DNA of 64,000 bases from Ginglymostoma cirratum. Its lineage: Eukaryota. This document shows, one piece after another, positions 53,613 through 64,000 of this stretch; the stretch's first letter is position 1, and each line of letters starts with the position of its first letter. Made by a program: the position numbers and the translations under genes. Location: positions 46,976,936 through 47,040,935 of the forward strand of contig JAHRHZ010000016.1 of the NCBI GenBank assembly GCA_024137785.1, in the 5' to 3' direction. The notes under the pieces were generated by a model. It was not told the origin of the DNA. It saw nothing but the letters and a program-made list of their open reading frames with translations, and did not search any database.

Positions 53613-54104
53613 ATTTTACTATCCTCCATGTGTCTATCCAAGAGTCGCTTAAAAGACTCTAGAGTATCTGACAAAAGAAATTCGTCCTGATCTTATTTTG
53701 TTTTGAATTCTACGTTCACATAACCTTTGATTCCCTTGCCTAACAAGAATCTATCCACCTCTATCTTAAAACCATTCAATGAATCCTAAACCAAAAACAA
53801 ATTGTCTCATTAAAGATGGTGACATTAGATGGACAATTGTTTTCAGGTATCAAATTCAAAGTACCATTGTGTGTTTGATGTTGATTTAACGTACCTGGAT
53901 GTACCATGGCGTTCAGTGTTTCATGGGGATGCAGACTGTCTTTGTTTATCTGACCACTTCATTTAATCTTGTGCACATTTACGTATGCTTTCTGATGTCT
54001 TGCATGAATTTTGTTCCATGAGTATTAGTTTGATATTTAATGGAGGGCTTTAGTGATAATTTGGCTCAGTGGCTCTAAGTTGAAAAGTTTTGCAAGTTGT
54101 CTTT

Positions 54105-54520
54105 TGAGCAAAGGTTGGACAGGCTAGATTTGTATCCACCCGAGTTTAGAACAGTAAGTCAAGAATTGATTGAAACATATAAGATTCTGAAGGGGTCTTG
54201 ATAAGATGACTGAGGAAAATATGCTTTCTTTTGTGGGACGTTGGAGAGCTAGGGGTTATAATTTAAAAATAAGGGTTCACGCATTTAAGATAGAGATAAG
54301 GAGAAGGTTTTTCTTGCAGAATGTTGAAAGTTTTTGGAAGATTTTCTTTCAAAAAGGGCAGACTCTTTGAACATTCAATAGATTCTTGATCAACAACTGG
54401 GTGAGAGAACAACAAGGGCAGCCAGGAATGCAGATTTGAAGTTACAAACAACAATGATGTTATCGAATGGTGGTGCAGGCTCAAGGAGCTGAGTGGCCTA
54501 TTCCTACTTCAAATTCATAT
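54105..54520 (+). mobile_element. Old CR1 3' fragment
   Basis: ttgattgaaacatataagattctg (LIETYKIL); tail atcgaatggtggtgcaggctcaaggagctgagtggcctattcct. Confidence 0.75.
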
Positions 54521-54768
54521 CTTTGTAAGTTGTATGTGTAAATCCAATTGCAAAACTTAGCGCGCTGAGTGAGTAGTGCATTGTCAGATAAGCCAACTTT
54601 GGGATGAAATGTTGAAGTAATTGCTCTGTTTACCTCGACATAAAATTGCAAATGGTATCACTTGATGTAGTGGAGAAGTCTTGACCAAAATTTAGATCTC
54701 AATCAAAACTGCCAAAACTTGTCATTTATCACAGTGTTGTCTGTGGGACCTTGACTTATGTAAATAAT

Positions 54769-54802
54769 TTTCTGATGAAGGGTCTAGGCCCGAAACGTCA
54801 AG
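54769..54802 (+). ncRNA. Minimal type I hammerhead ribozyme motif (sense to RLIM, last intron)
   Basis: TTT-CTGATGA-A-GGGT-CTAG-GCCC-GAAACGTC-AAG; all core nucleotides present, 3-bp stem I, palindromic ACGT stem III. Confidence 0.75.
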
Positions 54803-55070
54803 CTTTCCTGCTCCTATGATGCTGCGTGGCCTGCTGTGTTCATCCAGCCCCACACCTTGTTATCATGGAACTGATTGGAGAGCTGTTTCAGACAGTTTAT
54901 GTAGATGAAGCAAGCGGAGTTGCCTCTTTTTCTACAATTCGAAACAATCATACTAGATTTTATTCCAACAGTGTGGAGGATTCATATCATTCAGTGTATC
55001 AAAAGGATCCTACAAGGTGGGTGTACTAAATCTTCTAGTTGCTAATGAATTCTTTTATTTTACCCCATAG

Positions 55071-56770
55071 GTGCTGAGGGTTCAGAAGAAGGATCAAGTG
55101 GAGATTCTCTTCTAGAGTGGTTAAATGCTTTTAGACAGACTGGGAACACAACGAGAAGTGGACAAAGTGGGAATCGTTCCTGGAGAGCAGTCAGTCGTAC
55201 AAACCCAACAAGTGGTGATTTTAGATTCAGCTTGGAAATTAATGTCAGTCGGAGTAGAATTGATCAAAGTGCTGAAATGGAAAGTGAGCAACCTATGGAC
55301 ACTTCAAATGTGGTAGGAACAGTGCCTGCAGCAGAAGAAGCAGTGATACCAGTACCATCAGAAAATATAAGTGCACCCCCATCAACAGCAATGCAACCAC
55401 CACCAACTGTAACAGATCTACCAATGGTTATGACAGAAGAAGGTATTCAGAGTCAGCCTGAAAGGTCAGCTTCCACTGGAACACGACGAAGTCGAGGACC
55501 AAGTGGAGAGTTATCTTACGAAAACAGATATGAACTTTTGAGACATGAGCTTGAAACCCAAGCTCAACATCAAGGTCGCCCAAGAGGTGGTAGAAGTAGA
55601 AGTCCAGAACGCCGAAGGTCTTCTAGAACCAGGAACAATCGAAGTCGGTCACCCTTGCATCCAGTCAGTGAGGGGACGAGTAGATCACGACGTCAAGGAC
55701 TTTCCCAGAGGCCTGATAGATCCATTTCAGAAAGTGGAACAGAAGGAATTTCCAGAACTAGACAGCATGTCGTGTCCAGACAGAGTCGGGTTGGAGATGG
55801 GGTCCAGTCTGAAACAACTAATCACGTTCCTGTTCTTGAGCCAAATGAACGTAGAGAGCCTTCCCAAGAAGCTGCTGACTCTTCAGAAGCTGTGGTCAGT
55901 GATCCCTCTGTAGCTGGGCGCCGACCACCAACCATTATGTTAGATCTTCAAGTGAGAAGAGTGAGACCTGGTGAAAATGCAGATAGAGATAGTATAGCCA
56001 ACAGGACCCGGTCACGATCCCAAACATCTGACAACACTGTTGTATATGAAAGTGAGCGCGGTGGGCTCAGGCGCACATTCTCCCGCTCTGAGCGAGCAGG
56101 GGTGCGAACTTATGTCAGCACCATTCGTATTCCTTTTCGCAGGATATCTGATTCGGGCCTTGGAGAGGCCGCCTCGGTTGCCCTCCAAACAATACTACGC
56201 CGAATAATGATGGGTGGTGAACTGAGTTCATTTGTGGACAGTGACAGCGATTCTGAATCTAGCAACAGGGGCCAAAGTCAAGTGCACGATGTTTCTGAAT
56301 CGCAGAACAGTACAAGCGAATCCCCAGGCATGGCTTCTGAAGGCAGAACGGGCGAGCAACAGGCAGGAGAACAGCGGAATGGCAGTGAAACAGATAGCAT
56401 AACTGGAGGTAGGAGAAGAGAAGGTCAGCAAACCCGAGGCTTATTTGGCCTTGAAGAAAGTGGTACTTTGCCCATACTTAGGCTTGCTCATTTCTTCCTG
56501 CTCAACGATGAAGATGAGGATGATCAGCCCAGGGGACTGACTAAAGAACAGATTGACAACTTGTCCACGAGAAATTTTGGAGAAAGTGATGCTATTAAAA
56601 CCTGCAGTGTGTGTATTAGTGAATACACAGCAGGAAACAAGCTGCGCAAGCTACCCTGCTCTCACGAGTATCATGTTCACTGTATTGATCGCTGGCTGTC
56701 TGAAAACTCCACATGTCCCATATGCCGTCAGGCTGTTTTAGTTCGCACCGCTGGTGAAAGTGTTGGCTAG
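55071..56770 (+). CDS. RLIM: RLIM terminal coding exon: SR-rich/basic region and C-terminal RING-H2
   Basis: Acceptor tcttttattttaccccatag|. Encodes [89 protein letters not shown] and CSVCISEY...[24 protein letters not shown]. Total CDS 184+108+1700 = 1992 nt. Confidence 0.97.
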
Positions 56771-58840
56771 TATACAATCTCCATCAGTTTGTGCTCCAGT
56801 ATTGATGTAATGTAGAAATAGCTAGCTGTACCAAACAGTGAACCATATAAAATTGTACTTCAGAATGTAGTGGAGAAATTCAAAATAGCCATACCTAATA
56901 CATTTACCTGGTCTACCCTTTGCAAGGAAAGACTTCTCTCTTTTTGCTAATCTTTAATCAGGATTTGGGCACTTCTTAAATTCCTTCATTTGTGAGTGTG
57001 CAACATTGCACTGTGTTTAAAGACAGAAAATTTAACCATGCTTTGAAACAAACTATCGATACAGCTTTTAGGACACAGCTTCTGACATTTGTGTCTGTTG
57101 GTGTAACCTGTTTTAAGGATGTGTTATTAGCATGGTAAATAAGTAACAAACTTTAATGCTTTGCTGCATCCTCCACTCATTTTCTAAAAGTTGAATTCTT
57201 GCCCTGATTTCTTTCTTGTTTGTGCTTCATTTGGGTTAGCTGTATTGAATTTCAAGGTTTTCATTTTTTAAAATTTTTTTGATCAAAGGCATTTCCTTTT
57301 CTGATGTGATTTATGTGCACACTTAGTGTATTTTAACAATTCAGGATATTTGTTCACAATTCATGGCAGGGGCTGTGTACTTGCAAAGAAGAAATTGGTC
57401 ACTTTTTAAAAAAAAATTGCAATGCAAATTGTCACTACTTATTAAAAAAAAAGTCTAATTTACTGAACATCTTTAATGGACAGGTTGCCTTATTCTACAA
57501 CATATATCAAGTCTATGGGACAAATTTGAGACATGCAGTTAAGTCTTCTGTGCAGTGGAGTTATCTATTATCCTTTTTTTTTTTAAAAAGAACTCCAATT
57601 TATATCCACCTTTTTGTGGAGTTACTCTGGGCCTCCCTTTTATTGACTTTTGACTTTTGCCTTTCCACCTTTCATCTCCAGGCTTTTAAGAATATTTTAA
57701 AGTGTGGAATGACCCACTGGTTCAATGAAACAGGCTTGCACTTTTGCCTTTGGGAAACTGGCTGTTTTTGATTTCTCTACAGTCAATTGGAACAGCAGCA
57801 GAACTGTGTGGAGTGCGCTAGCCGCTGGCCGCATTTCTGCCACTTTCCGACACTGCGCTATATAATCTGTGCCTAATAAAAGACCTGTGACTTCACAGCT
57901 TGCGCTTAATTGACATTTTGGTTTTGTTGCAACCCTACAGCAATACGTCTGTGGGCAGGCTGTGTGGCACTGCTTTGAAATCCTGATGGAATGTTGGTGA
58001 CTTCTGTACTTGCAGATCTGGTCTGCATGCAATATAAGCTCCAGTGTTCTGTCAGATGAAAATGTTGCATTTATAGGATGTATGGGGAAGGATGCTGCAG
58101 CGTGTTAAGACACACTGGAAATTGCAGTTTTGTAACCATGAAATTAAAATGTTACAGTTGTAATATAACTGATATAACTGAATTGAAGAATCATAGGGCT
58201 TTTTTTCTGGGAGGATGGCTGTTTTTCTTGGATATATATACACAGGATAATGGAAAGTAACGTCCTTACTTTTTGATTTGCCTATCCTGATGTGTGTGGA
58301 AAACCCGTTTTTGTACAAAAATGACCAGATATTAATAGTGTCCTGTATAAATTTTAAATGCCAATATTGTAACATGTGCATTTGCATTACCAAAATAGTT
58401 TAGTTCAACAGAACAAATGTTATTAGAAAAGAATGATGCTATGACACAAAATAGGAATCCCACAGACTGTGATCAACCCTGCCTAAGGTGAACTGTATAA
58501 TAAAGATTCAAAGCAAATTAGGAGACATGTGCTTTAAAAGGTCCAGGGAGAGTTCTTCCTTCAGCTGCAGGAGTCCTACCAAAGTGCATATACTTTGGTT
58601 TACTGTACAGGGCTTGTTTAAAGTGATTTAGTTTATTTATGTAACCTGTTGTACCAATTTTTGTAAATTAGTAACTGAGTTTTCATGCAGATTTACAAGT
58701 TTGATTACCCAGTTATCATTTAACTTTTCTGGGAGAAGAAACTTCAAATGCAAATAGACATTATCTTTTGACATTGACCATTTTGAAGAGTTGGGTTATC
58801 CATAAATGTTAATAAAATATTGCACGAGAAAACAACTGAC
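56771..58840 (+). other. RLIM: Putative RLIM 3' UTR (repeat-free)
   Basis: Follows the stop codon; U-rich, no recognisable TE; AATAAA at 57875, 58499 and 58811. Confidence 0.6.
58811..58816 (+). terminator. Candidate polyadenylation signal
   Basis: AATAAA followed ~25-70 nt downstream by GT/T-rich sequence (gtttgtcc, gtttattcctttgcttt). Confidence 0.55.
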
Positions 58841-59224
58841 AGTTTGTCCAATGTTTATTCCTTTGCTTTCCTGCTCTCTTTGAATCTCCTTTTTGGATTT
58901 CTGTTTAGATCAACACATATCCATTAACTCACTTAACCATTTGTCTGTTAAAATATTACCATTGTTAAATCTCTTGTCACTGTCCATGTTCCAGAACATT
59001 GAATGTTTAATCTCTATATTTATGTATTAATCAAAAAGCATGATTAAGATTTTATGAGATCAACTTCAAACATTGTTGAAGTTAAAGACTTGTTTATGTG
59101 GAAACTGAGTTTGGAAATTTACCATCAGTCATCGTCATCTGGGCAATTTTATTGCAGTGCTTTTTTTCATTTTCAAGACCAAGGTGAGACAAATCAAAAT
59201 CATGGAGTATTACAGCATGGAAAG

Positions 59225-59985
59225 ATTGATTTATTGTCACATGCGACTAGAGTACAGTGAAAAGCTTTGTTTACATGTAGTGCAGGCAGATTATTGTAAG
59301 CAAGGACATTTAGATCAAAAGTTGTAGGAAAAAACTTAGAAGCATACAGGTTACATTGCACAGGGCGTGTGCTAGGCAAGATCAATGTTAGCAATATTAA
59401 CGTTATTTGAGACTAGAGAGCCTATTCATCAAATAGCCGGGAAGAAGCTGTTCCTGAACCTGTTGGTGTGTGTGCATTTGTGTGTTCAAGCTTCTGTATC
59501 TTCTGCCTGATGGGAGATGTTGTAGGTGATTATTACCAAGGTGTGATGGATCTTTGATTTTGGCAGCCTTTTTATAGCAAATGAGCTGCGTAAATGGAGC
59601 CAATGGATGGAATGTTGGTTTCCATGGTAGCCTGGGATGTGCACACCACCTTCGGTAGTTTCTTATGCCCTGGGCAGAGTAGTTGCCATACCAGGCTGTT
59701 ATGCATCCGGACAGTACGCTTTCAATGGTACATCTGTAGAAATTGGTGACGGTCCCTATGGACATGCCAAATTTCCTGAGGCCTTGTTGTGCCGCCTTGA
59801 CCGTCACATCTATGTGGTAAGTCCAGGACAGGTTGTTGGTCATCATTACTCTAAGGAACTTGACGCTCTCCACCCTCTCGACCTCAGTTCCGTTGATGAA
59901 GATGGGTGCATGTTTTCCTTTCTTTCTGAAGTCAATGATCAGTTCTTTAGTTTTGCTGACATTGAGAGAGAGGTTGTTCTCAATG
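59225..59985 (-). mobile_element. Rex1/Babar-like LINE 3' portion
   Basis: NNLSLNVSKTKELIIDFRK...VERVESVKFL...LSWTYHI...FYRCTIESVLSGCITAWYGN (ORF 59403-59990). Confidence 0.85.
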
Positions 59986-62966
59986 CCCATCTAATCTGTG
60001 CCACTAATTGAGCACCTAACTACTCTGGTTGCATTTCCCAGTCCTCTGCCTAGAATCTTGTATGTTGTGGTGTTTCAAGTCTTTGCCTAAATGTTATAAT
60101 GGTTCCTGCCTTTACTATCCATTCAGTCAGAGAGTCCAAGATACATACCACCTTCTGGGTGAAAAGAAAGTCTGCTAAAACCGTTCTAAACCTCTTGCCC
60201 TTTATCTTAAATAAATGCCCTCTGATAGTTGTTCCCTCTATCCAGAGGAAAGGTTTATTCCCATTCTGTGCCCTCTATAATCTTGTAGATCTCAATCAGG
60301 TTAATGTTTGAGTATTTACTTAAGTGTGAATGTCATCTTCTGCCCATTACATGGCTACTTGTAGAAAAGACAACTATTGTGACAATCAACCACAATTTAA
60401 TGGAACCTTTCAAGTAAAGGTGACTGTGGATTTTCTTCAGTGTTTTTAATCATTTATGGATTGAATGTGTTGCTGGCAATTATTTGACTGTGAAAGAATG
60501 ACATGATCTGCCTTCTTACCTGCTACAGTCCATCACGTGTAGCTACATCTACAGTGCTTTAAGGTGAGAGTTTCAAAATGTTGACCGCCTGATATTGTCC
60601 CATACCTGAATGGTATGTGAGTTGGAGGGGAATTTGCAAATGGTACTGTTCCCATACACCTGCTGCCTTTGTGTACTAGATGTGGTGGCTCTCATTCAAA
60701 GATGCAGTTTGAACTGCATGAACAATTCTGGACATTCATTAATTGGCATTTTGCAAATTGTTTTGAAGGAGAAATAATTTCAAATTCTGAACATTTATCG
60801 CCAGTGCCCTTTAGTGTTTGAATTGCTGTAAGTAACTTTTTATGAAAAACAAAGATGGCTATGTATTATAAATATAGAGCTACTGAAAAAAAACTGATAT
60901 AGGTATGAATGTATCATTGGAGTATATTTGTGCTAACTGTTGCCTCAAATTTATTTTTGTCTCCTTGTGACAAGTTAATTAACCATGTCTTGCACATGAA
61001 GTTGGCAGACTTTATGCTGCATTCATGCAGCTTTTATTCATTTTGCTGAAGTTGCCTTGTAAGCCAGCCTGATATTAAAAGAATATTGTAAATTGCATCT
61101 GTGTAGAAATTCAGTGTAAGAGGAAAATCCATTTGGTTGTTGTTAACATTGTATTGTAGATCAGTAATGCTCAAATGTATTACTCTAAGTGGTGGAATTT
61201 GTCTGTATCTGATTCTGGATAGTCTGAAACTCAATAATAAAATAGCAGATATTTTTGTTAATGAAAAGATTTATACAGTATATATGTTGATAATGTTCTT
61301 ACTATCTTCAATAGTCCCAACACTGAATCAGGTGCTCAGAAAAGTGGTAAAATTCTTTCATTTAATGCAGTTTTAACTCCACAGTTAGGTGTGACTTAGT
61401 GCTTTTCGTAACTAAGTTCCATTTATTATAATTCTGTCAATGAAGGAAATATTTTCCTTGAATATCTGCACTTGAACTAGGATTTCAGAGCAGGAGAATG
61501 GGAGAGAAAATTGAATGGATACATTATGCATCTTTCTTTTAGTCTTGGTTGTTGACATTGAGAAGGTTACAGTCTGGATTAGGACATCGGGGAGTTTCCT
61601 CTTGAACTGTGCTGTAACTTGCTGGAAAAGCAAGTTAATCATGTCACCGTGAAAGCAGCAGAACCCAGGATGTTGGTGAACAGCACAATCAGGAATATCT
61701 TCTGAAACAGTGGAATTTAAACATCGAGAGAACAGGAACCACCCAGCAGAGAATGAATTATTGAAAGAAATCAGGTATAAAAGACAAAAGTAGTTTTTTC
61801 CCCTTTTTAATGAAATTGCATTCTTTAATAATCTTTTAATTGTCTCCATGTAGAAACGAAATTGAATTAGGGCCACCTTAAATTGTTGCGTCTGAGAAGA
61901 TTATTTGAATTGCATTAAATATGTGATTTTTAAAAATGTCTTCATTATGTCTTTGTCTTTGGAAGTTATTTAACTCAATTGGGAAGAAAAAGGCAAAGGT
62001 TTCATAACTTGAACAGCATGTTAAGTGATTTTATTTTCATCAGCATGTTTCCTATAATGTTTTTCTCTTGTCCAGTGAGACTTGAAATAGAAGTACTGAA
62101 AGGTATGGCATTTTTAGTCTTTGTCCTGAACCACTGTAATTTGTTTAAATTTTCAGTTCATTGGTACATCTTATCACTTTAGTTGTAGCAGTGTTGTCCA
62201 TATGATTAAGAGTCTTTGGTACATTACTATTAATAGCTATTACTTTGAAGAAATGTACTGGGAAAATTGCCGAATGGCTTAATGAGCTTTGAATATGTTG
62301 GTGGAAAGAAACACCTCACATTTTAAACTTTAAAACTATCTCAGACAAAATCATCTGTTTCATATAGTTGGGAGAAAAAAAATCAAAGGAATTAAATAGA
62401 AGGTGGTATTTAGTAAGTTTTCAGTGCTATTCCAAAAGAAGCTTGACTTTAGTATTAATGCGGTGACTCACTATATTGTAATGATCAATGTAATCTAAGC
62501 TAGGAAATGAATGCTCATTTTAAATTAGAAGATAGCAATGAAGTTCGTGAAATCTTTTACAGCCAGAGCCTGCAAATCAGTGTGTGATCATCAATAAAGG
62601 GAAATATTTGCATAGCATTTACAGAATTAATTTCCTGTTTTATAAGTTATATTTATAGATAATTTCCATTGTAAATTTACCTCCACATTTATAACAGAAC
62701 TTTCTTTAAGCTATCATTGTAAATACATGCGCATCATCTCCATTGGCGAAGGCACCGTTTCATGTGGAACGTTTACAGCAGTATCCATTATAAACTTACA
62801 CAAACTTCCATTAAAAATGAGCACAGAAAATATATTGCCATGGTATGCAGAGAAATGCATGATTGTAAACAAGTAGGTGTAGATTTGTTCTCAGGTTTTG
62901 AGAGTAGATTTGTAGCTCGGGTTGTGGATATTGTGGTTGGTTGCCTTGCCGAGCTGGTTTGTTGTT

Positions 62967-63010
62967 CCGCAGACGTTTCGTTACCCTGCTGGGTAACATC
63001 ATCAGTGCAG
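62967..63010 (-). ncRNA. Intact minimal type I hammerhead ribozyme
   Basis: Minus strand CUGCA-CUGAUGA-U-GUUACCC-AGCA-GGGUAAC-GAAAC-GUC-UGCGG: 5-bp stem I, 7-bp stem II, palindromic stem III, GUC cleavage triplet. Confidence 0.85.
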
Positions 63011-63765
63011 CCTCCGATGAAGCGCTGTAGTGTTTTCCCGCCTGTTATTTAAACTCTGGTCTGTTGAGCTGGATTACCTCACTTCTAGTTTTCCTTCGCA
63101 ATGGAGTGTATATGGGGGTCTAGCTCTGTGTGTTTATTGATGGCTTTCTTTGTGGAGAACCAGGCCTCTAAGAATTCCCGTGCTTGTCTCTGCTTCGCCT
63201 GTCCCAGGTGTCCTGGTGTTGTCCCAATCGAGTTGGTGGTTTTCCTTATCCATGTGGATGGAGGTGACTGAGTATTGGTCGTGTCTTTTTGTTACCGGTT
63301 GTTGTTTGTGTACTGTTGTCGTTAACTTCCTTCCTGTCTGTCCAATGTAATGTTTGTCGCAGTCTTTGCTGGGAATCTTGTATACAACATTGGTCCTGTC
63401 CATGGTGGGTCTTTGGTTCGGGGTAGCAGTTGGCATAGGGTTGATGTGGGTTTGTGTGCTACTGTGATGCCCAGTGGTCGTAGGAGTCTTGCAGTCATTT
63501 CAGATGTGTCCCTGATGTAAGGTAGCGTGATGAGTGTGTTGGGGCGTGTAGTATCTTCCTGATGAAGTTTGTGTAATAGGCATCTTCTGACTCAGTTTTT
63601 CAGGTATCCGTTGTCTTTGAATACTTGGAAGACGTACTTTTTTTTCTCTTTGGCGTAGTTCTGTGTTGCTGCGGTGTGTTGCCCATTTAAATAATGTTCT
63701 CATGCAACTTCATTTGTGTGTGTTAGGGTGGGTGCTGTTGAAATTCAGTACTTGGTCTGTCTGTC

Positions 63766-63790
63766 TGTGTGTGTGTGTGTGTGTGTGTGT
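63766..63790. repeat. (TG)n microsatellite inside the Penelope ORF
   Basis: tgtgtgtgtg... run. Confidence 0.9.
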
Positions 63791-64000
63791 CTTTCCTATG
63801 TTCCTTTGTTAGGAATTCCCCATTGGTCCTGCGTTCTACCATGACGTCCAGGAATGGGAGCTGTTTGTTCTTTTCGTCTTCTCTGGTGAATCCCAGTGAG
63901 GGTATTGTTTATTAGTTTGTGTGTCTCCTCTAGTTTGGCCCGTTTAATAATGACAAAGATGTCGTCCACATGGCATATCCATAGTTGTGGTTGGATTAGC

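Larger units (their letters stand above)
53082..54864. mobile_element. PLE-terminus-bounded unit with perfect 98-bp inverted arms and 15-bp TSD
   Basis: 53115-53212 is the exact reverse complement of 54767-54864; TSD atggaactgattgga at 53067-53081 and 54865-54879. Confidence 0.7.
62879..64000 (-). mobile_element. Penelope-like retroelement 3' half (RT C-terminus, GIY-YIG, 3' repeat), runs off the window
   Basis: Minus strand CHVDDIFVII, LPFLDVMV, TDQVLNFNSTHP, and NVVYKIPSKDCDKHYIGQTGRKL (ORF 63134-63436). Confidence 0.9.

Noticed and set aside
53126-53674. ORFs of 178 and 156 aa
   Set aside because: Artefacts of translating through the N gap.
55232-56770. 512-aa ORF as a stand-alone single-exon gene
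   Set aside because: It starts at a TTG inside the terminal exon. The frame is open from the acceptor at 55071 and joins two upstream exons.
25670-56770. Assignment as RNF6
   Set aside because: The N-terminus, central basic region and RING residues fit RLIM better. RNF6-like residues are noted as a finding.
61543-61774. Exon-like segment (tctttcttttag| ... cag|gtataa) and overlapping 154-aa minus-strand ORF 61412-61876
   Set aside because: All three + frames contain stops and the minus ORF has no recognisable motif. A non-coding exon cannot be supported without RNA data.
1-64000. Prokaryotic systems (CRISPR arrays, operons, defence islands)
   Set aside because: The sequence is a spliced vertebrate locus; no regularly spaced repeat-spacer array or operon structure was seen.

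Overview
Eukaryotic, AT-rich, repeat-dense vertebrate DNA. The HE1-type V-SINE, Deu-domain SINEs, abundant CR1 and Penelope elements point to a cartilaginous fish (shark). The window holds one complete + strand gene, RLIM/RNF12 (RING-H2 E3 ligase). It has a CpG-island promoter with an inferred non-coding exon 1 (donor after 6112), three coding exons (25670-25853, 35934-36041, 55071-56770; 1992 nt, 663 aa) and a repeat-free 3' UTR of about 2 kb. Introns and flanks are filled with decayed CR1, L2-like and Rex1 LINEs, tRNA-derived SINEs, two Penelope-like elements (PLEs) and a DIRS-type remnant. The most notable signal not shown by the ORF track is a set of minimal hammerhead-ribozyme (HHR) motifs. 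They sit in PLE ends and in short non-coding hairpin elements with 15-bp target-site duplications. One example is a ~1.8-kb unit with perfect 98-bp inverted HHR arms just upstream of the last RLIM exon. Also notable is a LINE family whose 5' head and 3' tail together make up the local Deu-type SINE. Repeat boundaries are approximate and family names come from recognition by eye, not from database searches. There is a 400-N assembly gap at 53213-53612.
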